Assembly (NCBI GenBank): GCA_045611965.1 | Contig: JAZKYE010000012.1 | Coordinates: forward strand, 68,204-132,203 | DNA: 64,000 nucleotides | Direction of reading: 5' to 3' | Source of the DNA: Eubacteriales bacterium | GTDB lineage: Bacteria > Bacillota > Clostridia > Oscillospirales > CAG-272 | Part shown: positions 8,277 to 19,200 of the stretch, piece by piece | Layout of the letters: each line of letters opens with the position of its first letter | Numbering within the stretch: position 1 is the first letter of the stretch | Translations under genes and position numbers: made by a program | Notes under the pieces: model-generated | What the model was told of the DNA's origin: nothing | Seen by the model: only the letters and a program-made list of their open reading frames with translations | The model's database searches: none

Positions 8277-8906
8277 TTATTTGCGATAGTCAAAAATTTC
8301 CTCAAAAAGCTCGACCTCTGCCTTAGCCGAGGTTGCGTTTTTTACCTTTGCTACAAACTCATCAGCCCTTGATGAAAGAACGCTGCCTGAAACTCTGACA
8401 TCGCTCGTATATTCCGTATCGTTTATCATAAGCTCATATTCCGAGAAAATAGCAAGAAGCCTTTGATAATCGGAATAATCGCATATAACGGCAAGGCGCG
8501 TATAGGTGTTATATGTGATAATTTCCGCCTCTTTAAGCGCGCCGAGCGCGCTCTGACCGTATGCGTGAACAAGTCCACCCGTGCCGAGAAGAATTCCGCC
8601 AAAATATCGCACAACCACGATTACCGTATTCTGAATGTTATTCTTTCTTATAACGTCAAGAACCGGCATTCCTGCCGTACCGGCAGGCTCACGGTCATCT
8701 GAAAACCTTGTGATATTATTCTCGCGCACCGAATATGCGTAAACGTGGTGCTTAGCATCAGGATACGCGCGCTTTACCTGATTTATAAAATCAATAGCGG
8801 CATCCTCGGTTTGGGCGGGGGCACAATGCGCGATAAACACGCTCTTCCTATCCTCAAGCGTAAATTTCGACTGTTTTTTTACCGTGGTGTAGGACAAAGA
8901 CATCAT
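8277..8906 (-). CDS. yigZ: YigZ/IMPACT family protein (UPF0029)
   Basis: TRFSDDREPAGTAGMPVL and VVVRYFGGILLGTGGL are hallmark IMPACT-N motifs. Overlaps hflX by 4 nt. Confidence 0.85.
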   Translation of the reverse strand: MMSLSYTTVKKQSKFTLEDRKSVFIAHCAPAQTEDAAIDFINQVKRAYPDAKHHVYAYSVRENNITRFSDDREPAGTAGMPVLDVIRKNNIQNTVIVVVRYFGGILLGTGGLVHAYGQSALGALKEAEIITYNTYTRLAVICDYSDYQRLLAIFSEYELMINDTEYTSDVRVSGSVLSSRADEFVAKVKNATSAKAEVELFEEIFDYRK

Positions 8907-10153
8907 CCGTTCTCCTTCACGAAGCGTTTATAATAACCAAGGTACTTAAAATCAAGAATACAATCGACAGATATTCCCCCGTCTAAATAATCAACCGACA
9001 AAACCTGCGCTCTGTCGTAGAGCGAGCTTAAATGCCTTTGCTCATCATATGGAATAAGAAGGCTTACGCGTCGCTTGGTTTGCATCAGGCATTTTTCGAT
9101 AACTGCGAGCAGTTTATCTGTACCCTCGCCCGATTTTGCTGACAAAATAACAGTATTTTCCTTCGGAATAGCATAGGAAACCGAATTTGCATCAGCCTTA
9201 TTATAGACGTATATTCTCGGCTTATCACTCGCATCAAGGTCGGCTATAATGCTCTCTGTTACCTCAATATGCTCTGCAACCTCAGGGTCGGTAATATCCG
9301 ATACGATTATCAGAAGGTCGGCATATCTAACCTCGTCAAGGGTTGATTTAAACGCCTCAACAAGATGGTGCGGAAGCTTTCTTATAAAGCCTACGGTATC
9401 CGTAATAAGCACTGTTTCGCCCGACGGCAGCTCCATTCTACGCGTGGTTGAATCAAGCGTTGCAAAAAGCTTGTCCTCGGCAAGCACGCCTGCGCCCGTC
9501 AGCGTGTTCAGAAGCGTTGATTTTCCCGCGTTTGTATATCCAACTACGGCAATTTTAGCAAGTCCGCTGTCGTCGCGCTGTCTACGCATAGTATTTCGGT
9601 TGTTTTCTATCTGCAAAAGCCTTTGCTCAAGTATAGAAATTCTCTCGCGCAGGTGCCTTCTGTCAATTTCAAGCTTGGTTTCACCAGGTCCACGCGAGCC
9701 TATACCTCCACCCTGCCTTGAAAGTGACGCACCGCTACCTATAAGGCGTGGCGCAGTATATTTAAGCTGTGCAAGCTCTACCTGAAGCTTTCCCTCGGCA
9801 CTCGTTGCGTGAAGGGCAAAAATATCAAGAATAAGCATACTTCGGTCAATAACGCTGGCGTAAGTAAGCCTATCCTCAAGATTTCTTATCTGCATAGGTG
9901 ACAGCGGCGTATCAAAGACAACGAGGTCAGAGCCCGTATTGTAACACAGAGAACGAAGCTCGTCCACCTTACCAGAGCCGATAACCGTAGCTGTATCGCT
10001 TTTATCCTTTATCTGTATCATTCGGGCGTAGCACTCACCGCCGGCAGTTTCAAGCAGGCGCTCAAGCTCGTCAAGGCTTCTTTCACACCTCTGACGCGCA
10101 GAGCCTCTCTCACATACCGCAACGAGAATTGCCCGTTTCATAGAACCTTCCAT
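8903..10153 (-). CDS. hflX: GTPase HflX
   Basis: G1 GYTNAGKSTLLN, G3 DTVGFI, G4 NKAD. HflX N-terminal domain with LAQLKY..PRL. Confidence 0.95.
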   Translation of the reverse strand: MEGSMKRAILVAVCERGSARQRCERSLDELERLLETAGGECYARMIQIKDKSDTATVIGSGKVDELRSLCYNTGSDLVVFDTPLSPMQIRNLEDRLTYASVIDRSMLILDIFALHATSAEGKLQVELAQLKYTAPRLIGSGASLSRQGGGIGSRGPGETKLEIDRRHLRERISILEQRLLQIENNRNTMRRQRDDSGLAKIAVVGYTNAGKSTLLNTLTGAGVLAEDKLFATLDSTTRRMELPSGETVLITDTVGFIRKLPHHLVEAFKSTLDEVRYADLLIIVSDITDPEVAEHIEVTESIIADLDASDKPRIYVYNKADANSVSYAIPKENTVILSAKSGEGTDKLLAVIEKCLMQTKRRVSLLIPYDEQRHLSSLYDRAQVLSVDYLDGGISVDCILDFKYLGYYKRFVKENG

Positions 10154-10185
10154 ATTTATTCCTTAAATTTTAAAATATTCATATA

Positions 10186-10227
10186 CAACAAAAGAGGAAC
10201 AGACGAAGAAAAGTCTGCTCCTTTTTG
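10186..10227 (-). terminator. rpmE terminator
   Basis: Minus strand: AAGGAGCAGAC-TTTTCTTC-GTCTGTTCCTCTT followed by TTGTTGT; one mismatch in the stem. Confidence 0.6.
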
Positions 10228-10306
10228 TTAATGCCATATATACGCAAACCGAACGGTATAACCCAAAACAAGGTCAAACCGCAAGATCACGAGCTTTAAG
10301 CAATAA

Positions 10307-10510
10307 TTACTTGCTCATTGCAAGACGCTTCTTGAATCTGTCAACGCGTCCGCCGGCATCTACGAACTTCTGCTTACCAGTGTAGAAGGGATGGCACTTA
10401 GAGCAAATTTCAACGTTGAGATCGCCCTTAGCAGAGTGAGTCTTTACAGTCTCACCGCATGCACATCTGATGGTAGCTTCCTTGTATTCGGGATGTATTC
10501 CTGCTTTCAT
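10307..10510 (-). CDS. rpmE: 50S ribosomal protein L31 (Zn-binding type A)
   Basis: MKAGIHPEY...CACG...[13 protein letters not shown]...GRVDRF. Confidence 0.97.
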   Translation of the reverse strand: MKAGIHPEYKEATIRCACGETVKTHSAKGDLNVEICSKCHPFYTGKQKFVDAGGRVDRFKKRLAMSK

Positions 10511-10552
10511 TTTAACACCTCTTTACATAGTAATTCATTTTAATTGCTATTC

Positions 10553-10581
10553 ATTATAACATACATTTTATTATTTTGCAA
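10553..10581 (-). promoter_or_regulatory. sigma-A type promoter of rpmE
   Basis: Minus strand: TTGCAA (10581-10576), 17 nt, TATAAT (10558-10553). Confidence 0.55.
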
Positions 10582-10653
10582 TACCTTTTCTGAAGAAATA
10601 TTATCTTTTTTTACAAAATATTTTTTATCAAATAATTTTTTCGGAAAAAGTTA

Positions 10654-11361
10654 TTATATAAGGCTCTCTATGCGCCGCTTAAGCTGTGAAATTATCTTCT
10701 TTTCAAGCCTTGAAATATAGCTTTGAGAGATACCGAGCTTATCTGCGACCTCTTTTTGCGTAAGCTCTGTTCCGCTTATAAGACCGAAGCGCATTTCGAT
10801 TATCGTTTTTTCTCTGCCCTTAAGATTATTTACCGCCTCGCGAAGAAGCCGCCTTTCCTCTGCGTCCTCGAGTGTGAGTGAAACATTATCACTCTCACTT
10901 CCAAGAATATCAGAAAGCAAAAGCTCGTTTCCGTCGTAGTCGCAGGAAAGTGGCTCGTCGAGCGATATTTCGCGCCTTCTGTGCTGACTTTTTCTTAAAA
11001 ACATCAGAATTTCATTTTCTATACACCGCGAGGCATAGGTAGCAAGCTTTATATTCCGTCCCTGATTATAGGTTGATACTGCCTTGATAAGACCAACCGT
11101 ACCGATAGATATAAGCTCTTCAATTCCCGCCCCCGTATTCTCAAAGCGCTTCGCAATATAGCAAACGAGCCTTAAATTATGCTCTATAAGAGCATCCTTT
11201 GCATCCTGCTCGTCAATTCTTTTGAGCATACCTTCCTCTTCATCCTCTGAAAGGGGCGGCGGCAGGGTTTGAGCACCGTTAATATAATATACCTCTTTTT
11301 TAGAAAAAAGCGATAGGAAACGAATTTTAATTTTTTTAATAAAATCAATTAATGCTTTCAT
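10654..11361 (-). CDS. sigE: Sporulation sigma factor SigE (pro-sigma-E)
   Basis: Pro-sequence, then VYYINGAQTLPPPLSEDEE, ERNLRLV-like HNLRLVCYIAKRFENTG, KLATYASRCIENEILM and GISQSYISRLEKKI. Sits immediately downstream of spoIIGA. Confidence 0.95.
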   Translation of the reverse strand: MKALIDFIKKIKIRFLSLFSKKEVYYINGAQTLPPPLSEDEEEGMLKRIDEQDAKDALIEHNLRLVCYIAKRFENTGAGIEELISIGTVGLIKAVSTYNQGRNIKLATYASRCIENEILMFLRKSQHRRREISLDEPLSCDYDGNELLLSDILGSESDNVSLTLEDAEERRLLREAVNNLKGREKTIIEMRFGLISGTELTQKEVADKLGISQSYISRLEKKIISQLKRRIESLI

Positions 11362-11377
11362 TAAATTAACCTCTAAA

Positions 11378-12226
11378 CTAAATTAATAACGATGCGGGCA
11401 CAAGCGCATCTTGCGTATCAAATTTTCCGTCGGTATCATCTATCGCAACAACCGCGTTTACAAGGGACGATTTTTTATCTATGATAATTTCAACCTCATC
11501 AGGCCTGACGCCGTATAAAATTCTGCTGCCCCCTATGCTCTTCATAGGAAGCAGTACAATGCGCGTATATAATGGCGATGACACCTCACAGAGTGCCCCC
11601 TCGCCATATGCCGAAAACAACGCGGACAGCGCGTGTCGCTTTACGAGTATTACAGGTCTTTGATATATAGGGTCGGTCAAAAGATTTCCGCTATCAACAA
11701 GACCGTCTGTATTTATATTAATCTCCGAAATTCTGAATCTTAAATGGCACACCTTACCCGAACTTGCGCGACCGAGAACCGCAATAGCAAGCTTTATTAA
11801 TCCGTAGGACATAAGAATAATGGCAAGTATCAGCAAAAGCCGCGAGTTCTGCGCCCCGATGCTGACACCGTCAAGATAGGGTCCGAGTACCTTATCAAGA
11901 AATGTATATAACGAACTTACTGCCCCACCGAATACGGTTTCAAACACCAAAAATGCAACAAGCAGCCTGCACACACCGACAAATTCCACTTTAATTGGCG
12001 CAATAAGCGCCGCCATAAGTGCACCGAGGATAAGTATAATAATATATATGAAGGCATTAAGGCTTGAAAGAACGACAAGGCAGGCTAAAAGCGAGAGCAC
12101 CCCCGATGCTATGACAAGCCGCAAGGTGCGCGTGCTTATATGTAGTATCATAAGTGAAAAATACAAGGCAAGATAATCAACGGTGAAATTTATCAGAAAA
12201 TATACGTCGATATAAAGCGTTTGCAT
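11378..12226 (-). CDS. spoIIGA: Sigma-E processing peptidase SpoIIGA
   Basis: N-terminus MQTLYIDVYFLINF, five TM helices, aspartic protease motif GLVDSGNLLTDP. Upstream of sigE. Confidence 0.93.
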   Translation of the reverse strand: MQTLYIDVYFLINFTVDYLALYFSLMILHISTRTLRLVIASGVLSLLACLVVLSSLNAFIYIIILILGALMAALIAPIKVEFVGVCRLLVAFLVFETVFGGAVSSLYTFLDKVLGPYLDGVSIGAQNSRLLLILAIILMSYGLIKLAIAVLGRASSGKVCHLRFRISEININTDGLVDSGNLLTDPIYQRPVILVKRHALSALFSAYGEGALCEVSSPLYTRIVLLPMKSIGGSRILYGVRPDEVEIIIDKKSSLVNAVVAIDDTDGKFDTQDALVPASLLI

Positions 12227-12281
12227 AACGCGTCCATCCTTTTTTTAGAATTATAGCACACCAAAAGCGCAAAAAGCATCG

Positions 12282-12328
12282 AAAAAAGGCCGCCTTAAAT
12301 GCATTTTTGCATTTAAAGTGGCCTTTTA
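12282..12328 (-). terminator. Terminator downstream of mrp
   Basis: Minus strand: AAAAGGCCACTTTAAATGCA-AAAA-TGCATTTAAGGCGGCCTTTTTT. A ~17-bp stem with a wobble and a mismatch, then a T-run. Confidence 0.7.
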
Positions 12329-12354
12329 TTTCGGTTTAAATCAGCGAAAGCAAC

Positions 12355-13176
12355 TTATTTAAGCTTATTTTCAAGAATATCTGCACATCTTTCAAGATAA
12401 TCACCCTCAAAGAGCTCGATAACACCCTTATCAACGAGCGAAGCAAGTGAGGGGTCGATAGGAAGGGTTGCAAGCACATCGGTGTCAGCATCCTTCGCAA
12501 TAGCCTCAATTTTACTCTCGCCGTAGGGACGGATAACCTTACCGCAGTCAGGGCATACGATATAGCTATAATTCTCAACCAAGCCGAGAATCGGAATCTG
12601 CATAAGGTCAGCCATATTCTGCGCCTTCTTGACGATCATGGAAACAAGGTCCTGAGGGCTTGTAACCACAACAATTCCGTCAAGAGGAAGCGACTGGAAA
12701 ACGGTGAGAGGAACATCACCAGTGCCGGGGGGCATATCAACGAACATAAAATCAACCTCGCCCCAGACTACCTCAGACCAGAACTGCTTTACTGTGCCTG
12801 CGATAACCGGACCGCGCCAGACTACGGGCTTGGTTTCGTCATCCATAAGCAAATTGACACTCATAACCTCAATTCCGGTTTTAGTTAGCGCGGGTATCAT
12901 GCCGTCATCAGTACCCATTATCTCGCCGCATTTAAGTCCAAAGGACTTAGGGATAGACGGTCCCGTAATGTCAGCATCGAGAATAGCGGTTCTGTATCCG
13001 CGTCTTTTCATCACTACCGAAAGCATTGAGGTAACGAGAGATTTACCTACGCCACCCTTTCCGCTTACGATACCGATGACTCTTTTTACATTACTTGCTT
13101 TATTCTGCGGCTCGATAAGATCTGCCTTTGAGCACTTTGAGCTGCAGGTTGAGCAATCGTGCGTACATCCTGCCAT
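12355..13176 (-). CDS. mrp: Mrp/NBP35/ApbC family Fe-S cluster carrier ATPase
   Basis: Deviant Walker A SGKGGVGKS; CPDCG (CxxC) cluster-bridging motif; Cys-rich N-terminus MAGCTHDCSTCSSKC. Confidence 0.9.
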   Translation of the reverse strand: MAGCTHDCSTCSSKCSKADLIEPQNKASNVKRVIGIVSGKGGVGKSLVTSMLSVVMKRRGYRTAILDADITGPSIPKSFGLKCGEIMGTDDGMIPALTKTGIEVMSVNLLMDDETKPVVWRGPVIAGTVKQFWSEVVWGEVDFMFVDMPPGTGDVPLTVFQSLPLDGIVVVTSPQDLVSMIVKKAQNMADLMQIPILGLVENYSYIVCPDCGKVIRPYGESKIEAIAKDADTDVLATLPIDPSLASLVDKGVIELFEGDYLERCADILENKLK

Positions 13177-13192
13177 TTTTATATCACCTCAT

Positions 13193-15484
13193 TTAAATTG
13201 TAGTTAAAATAATTTTATTTTCCTTCGTATCAAGGTGTATTCCGAGAAGCTTTCTCGGATATGCCTCGATAATTGCCTCGGCAATTTTATCTTCAACCTC
13301 TTTTTCGATGTATCTTCGCATATTTCTTGCACCGAATTTTTCAGAGTAGGCCTCTTTTGCAATAAGCGAAAGCACCCCGCCTTCATACGACAGCTTAATA
13401 TCCTTATGGGACATAGCATCGCGAAGCTTCCCAAGCATTATATCTGCAATTTTTTCAAAATTTTCGAGACTTAAGTGGTTAAAGGTAATAATTTCATCAA
13501 TTCTGTTGATAAATTCAGGTCTTAAGAATGAGAATAGTGCTTTTTCGGTCTTTTCCTTTGCCACCGCATTCGTGCTTTTTGCAAAGCCCGAAACATTAGA
13601 ATTCATCTCGCTTCCTGCGTTTGTGGTCATAACTATAATAGTATTCTCAAAATTGACCTGCCTGCCCTGAGCATCGGTTATAATACCGTCGTCAAGAATC
13701 TGAAGAAGGATATTAAGCACATCGGGGTGCGCCTTTTCAATCTCGTCAAAAAGAACCACCGAGTAAGGACGGCGCCTGATTTTTTCGGTAAGCTGTCCTG
13801 CCTCGTCATATCCTACATATCCAGGGGGGGCACCGATTATCCTTGATACTGCGTGCTTTTCCATAAATTCCGACATATCAAGCCTAATAAGTGATTCGGG
13901 CTGCTTAAAAAGCTCGTCTGCAAGCACCTTGACAAGCTCGGTTTTTCCGACACCCGTAGGGCCTGCAAAAATCATGGAAACGGGATTTTTTCTGTAAGAA
14001 ATTCCTGCTCTTTTACGCTTAACCGCACGGCATACCGCTGCAACCGCGTCATCCTGACCGATAACTCTTGCGCTAATCCTCGAATAGAGGCCCGTAAGCT
14101 CGGAAAGCTCGCCCTCTTTGATATCGGTTGCGGGTATTCCCGTCCATATCTCAACTACATCCGCAAGGTCACCCGATGTAAGATATACACGTGAAAGCAC
14201 CTCGTCAAGCTCTGTGTTTCTGCCTTCAAGCTGTAAAATTCTCGCCTTAATGTCGGCAAGCCTTTTATAATTTTCCTCGGTCTGTGCATCACTTGCTTCA
14301 AGAGTGGAAAGAAGCTTCTCGTTTTCAGCATTAAGTGTCGCAAGCTCTTTGATATTGCGCTTCTTCTCATTTATTTCGGGCGTATTCAGCGCAACTCGCG
14401 CGCACGCCTCGTCGATAAGGTCGATTGCCTTATCGGGAAGAAATCTATCCGAAATATATCTCTCTGACATAATAACCGCGCCACGCGCTATATCGTCAGA
14501 AATTTTCACCTGATGGAAGTCCTCGTAATACTTTTTAATGCCGATAAGCACGCTTACGGTTTCGTCAATCGACGGCTCGTTAATCATTACGGGCTGAAAT
14601 CTTCTCTCAAGCGCAGAATCCTTTTCTATATGCTTTCTGTACTCATTGAGCGTAGTTGCACCGATAACCTGAATTTCACCGCGAGAAAGTGCAGGTTTCA
14701 GCATATTAGCCGCGCCCATTGCGCCCTCTGAATTTCCTGCGCCAACTATGTTATGCACCTCGTCAATAACGAGAATTATGTTACCGTTCGCCTTAACCTC
14801 TTTGATAAGACCTAAAATTCTCTGCTCAAACTGACCTCTGAACTGTGTTCCTGCAACAAGCGCGGTAAGGTCAAGCAGCCAAACCTCTTTGTCAGAAAGC
14901 TTCTCGGGAACGCGACCGTCCTCAATTCTTTGTGCAAGAGCCTCTGCTATTGCGGTTTTGCCGACACCGGGCTCACCGATAAGGCAGGGGTTGTTCTTTT
15001 GCCTTCGGCAAAGAATTTGAATAATACGGTCTATTTCACGCTCTCTGCCAACAATTCGGTCAATCTTCCCCTCTCTTGCCTTCTCTGTAAGTGAGGTGGC
15101 ATAGGTTGAAAGAAATTTCTTCTCATCCTTAGCCCCACCCTTCGCATCGGGTGATTTCTTGCCCTCTGATTTACCCTTATCACTCGTAAATCCGAGGTCG
15201 GAAAAGAACTTCTTGAAGTCAATGGATGGCGCGCCGTGCTCGTCAGGATTTTCGGGCAGATTTTCAGTAAGGTCTGCCATAGCCTCTTCAAGCTCGCCTG
15301 ACATACTTGCGATAACCTCATCAGGCATACCCATTTGCTTAAGCATATTGTCAAACGGACGCAAGCCGACCTCGTTCGCGCAGATGAGGCAGAGTCCGTC
15401 CTTTACGGTATTTCCGTTTTCATTTTTTGTGACAAAGACCGTTGCAGGTCTTTTTTTGCATCGTGTGCAAAGTGGAATATTCAT
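13193..15484 (-). CDS. clpE: AAA+ Hsp100 ATPase, ClpE type (N-terminal zinc ribbon instead of Clp_N repeats)
   Basis: N-terminus LCTRCKKRPATVFVTK...NG...CLICANE (CxxC...CxxC), as in ClpE. Two AAA modules: GEPGVGKT/VIDEVH and GPTGVGKT/LFDEIEKA. Short M-domain coiled coil. Confidence 0.8.
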   Translation of the reverse strand: MNIPLCTRCKKRPATVFVTKNENGNTVKDGLCLICANEVGLRPFDNMLKQMGMPDEVIASMSGELEEAMADLTENLPENPDEHGAPSIDFKKFFSDLGFTSDKGKSEGKKSPDAKGGAKDEKKFLSTYATSLTEKAREGKIDRIVGREREIDRIIQILCRRQKNNPCLIGEPGVGKTAIAEALAQRIEDGRVPEKLSDKEVWLLDLTALVAGTQFRGQFEQRILGLIKEVKANGNIILVIDEVHNIVGAGNSEGAMGAANMLKPALSRGEIQVIGATTLNEYRKHIEKDSALERRFQPVMINEPSIDETVSVLIGIKKYYEDFHQVKISDDIARGAVIMSERYISDRFLPDKAIDLIDEACARVALNTPEINEKKRNIKELATLNAENEKLLSTLEASDAQTEENYKRLADIKARILQLEGRNTELDEVLSRVYLTSGDLADVVEIWTGIPATDIKEGELSELTGLYSRISARVIGQDDAVAAVCRAVKRKRAGISYRKNPVSMIFAGPTGVGKTELVKVLADELFKQPESLIRLDMSEFMEKHAVSRIIGAPPGYVGYDEAGQLTEKIRRRPYSVVLFDEIEKAHPDVLNILLQILDDGIITDAQGRQVNFENTIIVMTTNAGSEMNSNVSGFAKSTNAVAKEKTEKALFSFLRPEFINRIDEIITFNHLSLENFEKIADIMLGKLRDAMSHKDIKLSYEGGVLSLIAKEAYSEKFGARNMRRYIEKEVEDKIAEAIIEAYPRKLLGIHLDTKENKIILTTI

Positions 15485-15508
15485 ATTATTACACCGTTCA
15501 AATTTATT

Positions 15509-16153
15509 TTAAGTTACAATAAAGGGGTTGAGCGACAAGAAGAAATCAAACAGAAATCCTCCGTCAAACTCGGGCGAAAAGGACATCGTTATCGTCGCGA
15601 TAATACAGCAGGCTATGCTGCATATTGCGAAGGTAAAGAGTATTCCTAACATTTTATCAAGCGCGTTAAGCGGTCCTGCGGTAAGCACAGTTCCGACAAC
15701 ACCGAGAGCAAAGCGAAGAACGAGCGAAACCACCACAAAGAGGGTAAGATAGGTCACAAGCATCGCAACGAAGCTTCCGATAGGTGTGCCGATGGCAAGT
15801 CCTATCGCTTCTGCAACCGTGCCCTCTTCCGAAAGAGCCGTCTGTTCGATGTTAACGCCTGCGAAAAAAGCAAGTATCTTGAACATAACGGGAACGGTTT
15901 CACCTGCGTTAAGGGCGGAAAGCTCAGGGTAATTCGTGCTTAATGTTTGAGCAATGCTATCACCTATCAGCCCTCTGAAAAGCGGACCCGTCCACGAATC
16001 TATGAGCGCGCCTGCGAGCAAAAAGGTGATGCAAACACTCGCAATAAGCTTGATAGGCGGTGTAATTAAATCAAAAAAGCCCTTTTTAAAGCCGATTACA
16101 CCTGCGACTATCAGTAGTATTGCAAAAACACCGTCAAGAACAGTTAAATTCAT
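15509..16153 (-). CDS. cvpA: CvpA family membrane protein
   Basis: N-terminus ...VFAILLIVAGVIGFKKGFF plus 4-5 TM helices, typical of CvpA. Function assigned by family resemblance only. Confidence 0.6.
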   Translation of the reverse strand: MNLTVLDGVFAILLIVAGVIGFKKGFFDLITPPIKLIASVCITFLLAGALIDSWTGPLFRGLIGDSIAQTLSTNYPELSALNAGETVPVMFKILAFFAGVNIEQTALSEEGTVAEAIGLAIGTPIGSFVAMLVTYLTLFVVVSLVLRFALGVVGTVLTAGPLNALDKMLGILFTFAICSIACCIIATITMSFSPEFDGGFLFDFFLSLNPFIVT

Positions 16154-16181
16154 TATTTTTCTCCATGGTTTTTTTGACTAA

Positions 16182-16210
16182 ATTATATATGCGTAAAATT
16201 CGGGTGTCAA
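16182..16210 (-). promoter_or_regulatory. sigma-A type promoter of cvpA
   Basis: Minus strand: TTGACA (16210-16205), 17 nt, TATAAT (16187-16182). Confidence 0.55.
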
Positions 16211-16245
16211 CGAAAGCGCCAAAGATGTATCATTTTTTGATACTT

Positions 16246-19200
16246 TTAGCGGATTACGACTGCTGAATCCCCAAAATAGTTTTTAAGCCTTGACATTACC
16301 TCATCACACTCGGCAATTGCTATATTCCTTATCGCAATATACTTGCGCGTGCTTGAATCGAAAACAACGACGTGACACCGCCCGGGATAAAGATTTGCGA
16401 GTCTGTAAATCGGGTTAAGCTTGCTTTCGGCAAAGCTGTCAAGCTTGATATATACCGTTTTTTCCTTTTCTTCGAGGACTTCTGCTTCCGCGCTTGCTTT
16501 TTCAAGCTCTGAATTGCTTTTAAGCGTTGTCAGCCTTGACAGAAGAATTTTCGCAGAGTCGTTGTCCTCAACTGAAATTTTACCCTCAATAACTACGGCG
16601 GTTTCCTCAACCAAATCGTTACTGTATTTTGCGTAGGGCTTTGGAAATACTATTACCTCTATCTCGGACAGCGCGTCCTCAAGGGTAAGAAATGCCATCG
16701 TATCGCCGTTTTTTAGTATTTTATTCTTTTTCGCGCTAATAATACCGCCAAGCTTTACGAAATCACCGTCGTGATAGGGCTTATCCTGCCCACCGTCAAG
16801 CACCGACTCGATTACCTCGCTGATAGAATCGCATTTAGTAGCGTCAAGCGCCTTGGAATAGCTTGTTATGATATTGCCCGTAAAGTACATTCCCGAGCTT
16901 TCCTTTTCAAGCATAAGAAGCTCGCGCGGGGTAAATTCAGGTAAATCGGGATAGGTATAACCGCCCGAATCCTCACTTGCAAATGACACCTGCGAGAAGA
17001 AATCCATCTGCCCCTTAATATTATTTCTCTGCTTCGTCTGCTCTGCGTCGAGAATCTGCTCGTAGCAGGAAAGAAGCGAGGCGCGGTTAACGCCGAGCGA
17101 ATCAAACACACCGCATTTGATAAAGGCTTCAAGAGTTCTTTTGTTGATATCGGATGATGAAAGCCTTGATACAAACGAGTCAAAGCTCTTGAATCTGCCC
17201 CCCTCGCGCTCTCTGATAATAGCGTCCGTTACGTTTCGTCCGACATTCTTTATCGCAAGAAGTCCAAAGCGAATATCACCGTCAGAAACCGAAAAATCAG
17301 AGCCGCTTAAATTTATATCGGGCGCAAGCACCCTTACACCGAACCTTTGCGCGTCCTGAATATACTGACGAAGCTTGTCCCTGCTGTCAAGAACGCTCGT
17401 CATAAGCGCGGCAAAGTATTCCTTCGGGTAATTTGCTTTGAGATATGCCGTTCTATATGAAATTATACTGTAAGCCGTCGCGTGACTCTTGTTGAAGGCA
17501 TACTGTGCGAAAGCAACCATACTGTCAAATATAGAGTTTGAAATTGACTCGTCAATGCCGTTTTTTGAGCATCCCTTGACGAATTTCTCGCGCTCGGATA
17601 GCATAACATCCGCCTTTTTCTTCGCCATTGCGCGACGGACGAGGTCTGCCTCGGCATACGAGTAGCCGGCAAGAGCTCGGCATATCTGCATAACCTGCTC
17701 TTGATATACGATACATCCGTAGGTTACCTTGAGAATGTCCTCAAGCTGAGGTGTCTGATAGCTTATGCTCTGTCTGCCGTGCTTTCTTTCAATAAAGGTA
17801 TCTATGGAATCCATAGGACCCGGGCGGAAAAGAGCGATAACTGCTATAATATCCTCAAGATTACTCGGTGCAAGCTTCGAGAGAACCTGCTTCATACCGC
17901 CCGATTCAAGCTGAAAAACACCGTCGGTTTTAGCATCGCAAAGAAGCCTGAAGGTTGCCTTATCGTCAAACGGAATTTTTGAAAGCTCAAAATCCTTAAC
18001 GCGTTTTCTTATAGCAGCCTCTGCGTCGTGAAGCACGGTTATATAGCGAAGTCCGAGAAAATCGAACTTAACAAGTCCGAGCCGCTCGTCAGTAACCATA
18101 TCAAACTGAGTAACTACACCCGTTCCGCTATATGAAAGCGGTACATACTCATAGGTCGGACGCTCGGTGATAACCACGCCTGCGGCGTGAGTGGACATAT
18201 GACGGGGCATTCCCTCAAGGCTTCGGCTGACGTTTATCAGGCGGCGGACCTCTGAGTCTGATTCGTAAAGCTCATTTAACTCTCGTTGTACGAGCGCCTT
18301 TTCTATCGTAATTCCAAGCTCTTGCGGAACAAGCTTTGCAACCGCATCAACCTTGCCATACGGCATACCAAGCGCGCGACCTACGTCACGGATTGCCGCC
18401 CTTGCCGCGAGAGTACCAAAGGTAGCTATCTGCGCGACCTTATCGTCGCCGTATTTTCTCTTAACATAATCTATGACCTCTTCGCGTCTGTTATAGCAGA
18501 AATCTATATCAAAGTCGGGCATAGAAACGCGCTCGGGATTAAGAAAACGCTCAAAAAGCAAATCGAAGGCAATAGGGTCAACGTCGGTTATCTCTGTGCA
18601 AAAGGCAACAAGGCTTCCCGCACCCGAGCCACGGCCCGGGCCGACGGGGATATCATTTCGCTTTGCATAGGATACGAAATCGCTGACTATAAGAAAATAA
18701 GCGTTAAAGCCCATTTTATCAATGACAGAGAGCTCGTATTCCATTCGCCTGAGATAAAAATCCCTATCGTGCTTGCTATAATCAAATCTTCCCTCTTTCT
18801 CTCTTTGAGAAAAGCCTGCGTATGCCTTTTTTCTTAAGGTTTCGCTGTGAGAGCTTCCGTCATCGGCACGAAAATCAGGCAAGTGAAGATTACCGAATTC
18901 AAAATCAAAATTACACTTATCAGCGATTATTCCGCAGTTATCAACTGCACCCTCGTAATCCTGAAAAAGCTCGCGCATTTCCTTTTCGGATTTAAAATAA
19001 AACTCGTTATTTTCAAAGCCGAGAGGTCTGCCGTCAGTAATTACAGTACCCATCTGGATGCACATAAGAATTGCCTGATTATCAGCATCCGTGCGGTTAA
19101 GATAGTGCACGTCGTTGGTCGCAACCATAGGAATTCCGGTTTCACGGCTTATCTGCCTTATACCAAAGGAAACGCGAAGCTCTTCGTCAATTCCGTGGTT

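Noticed and set aside
13193-15484. A Clp/Hsp100 ATPase lacking the Clp_N repeats and carrying an N-terminal 4-Cys ribbon; it looked at first like a novel architecture.
   Set aside because: The pattern C..C..RPAT......NG.......C..CA matches the known ClpE subfamily of Firmicutes (zinc-finger N-domain). It is annotated as clpE, not as a novelty.
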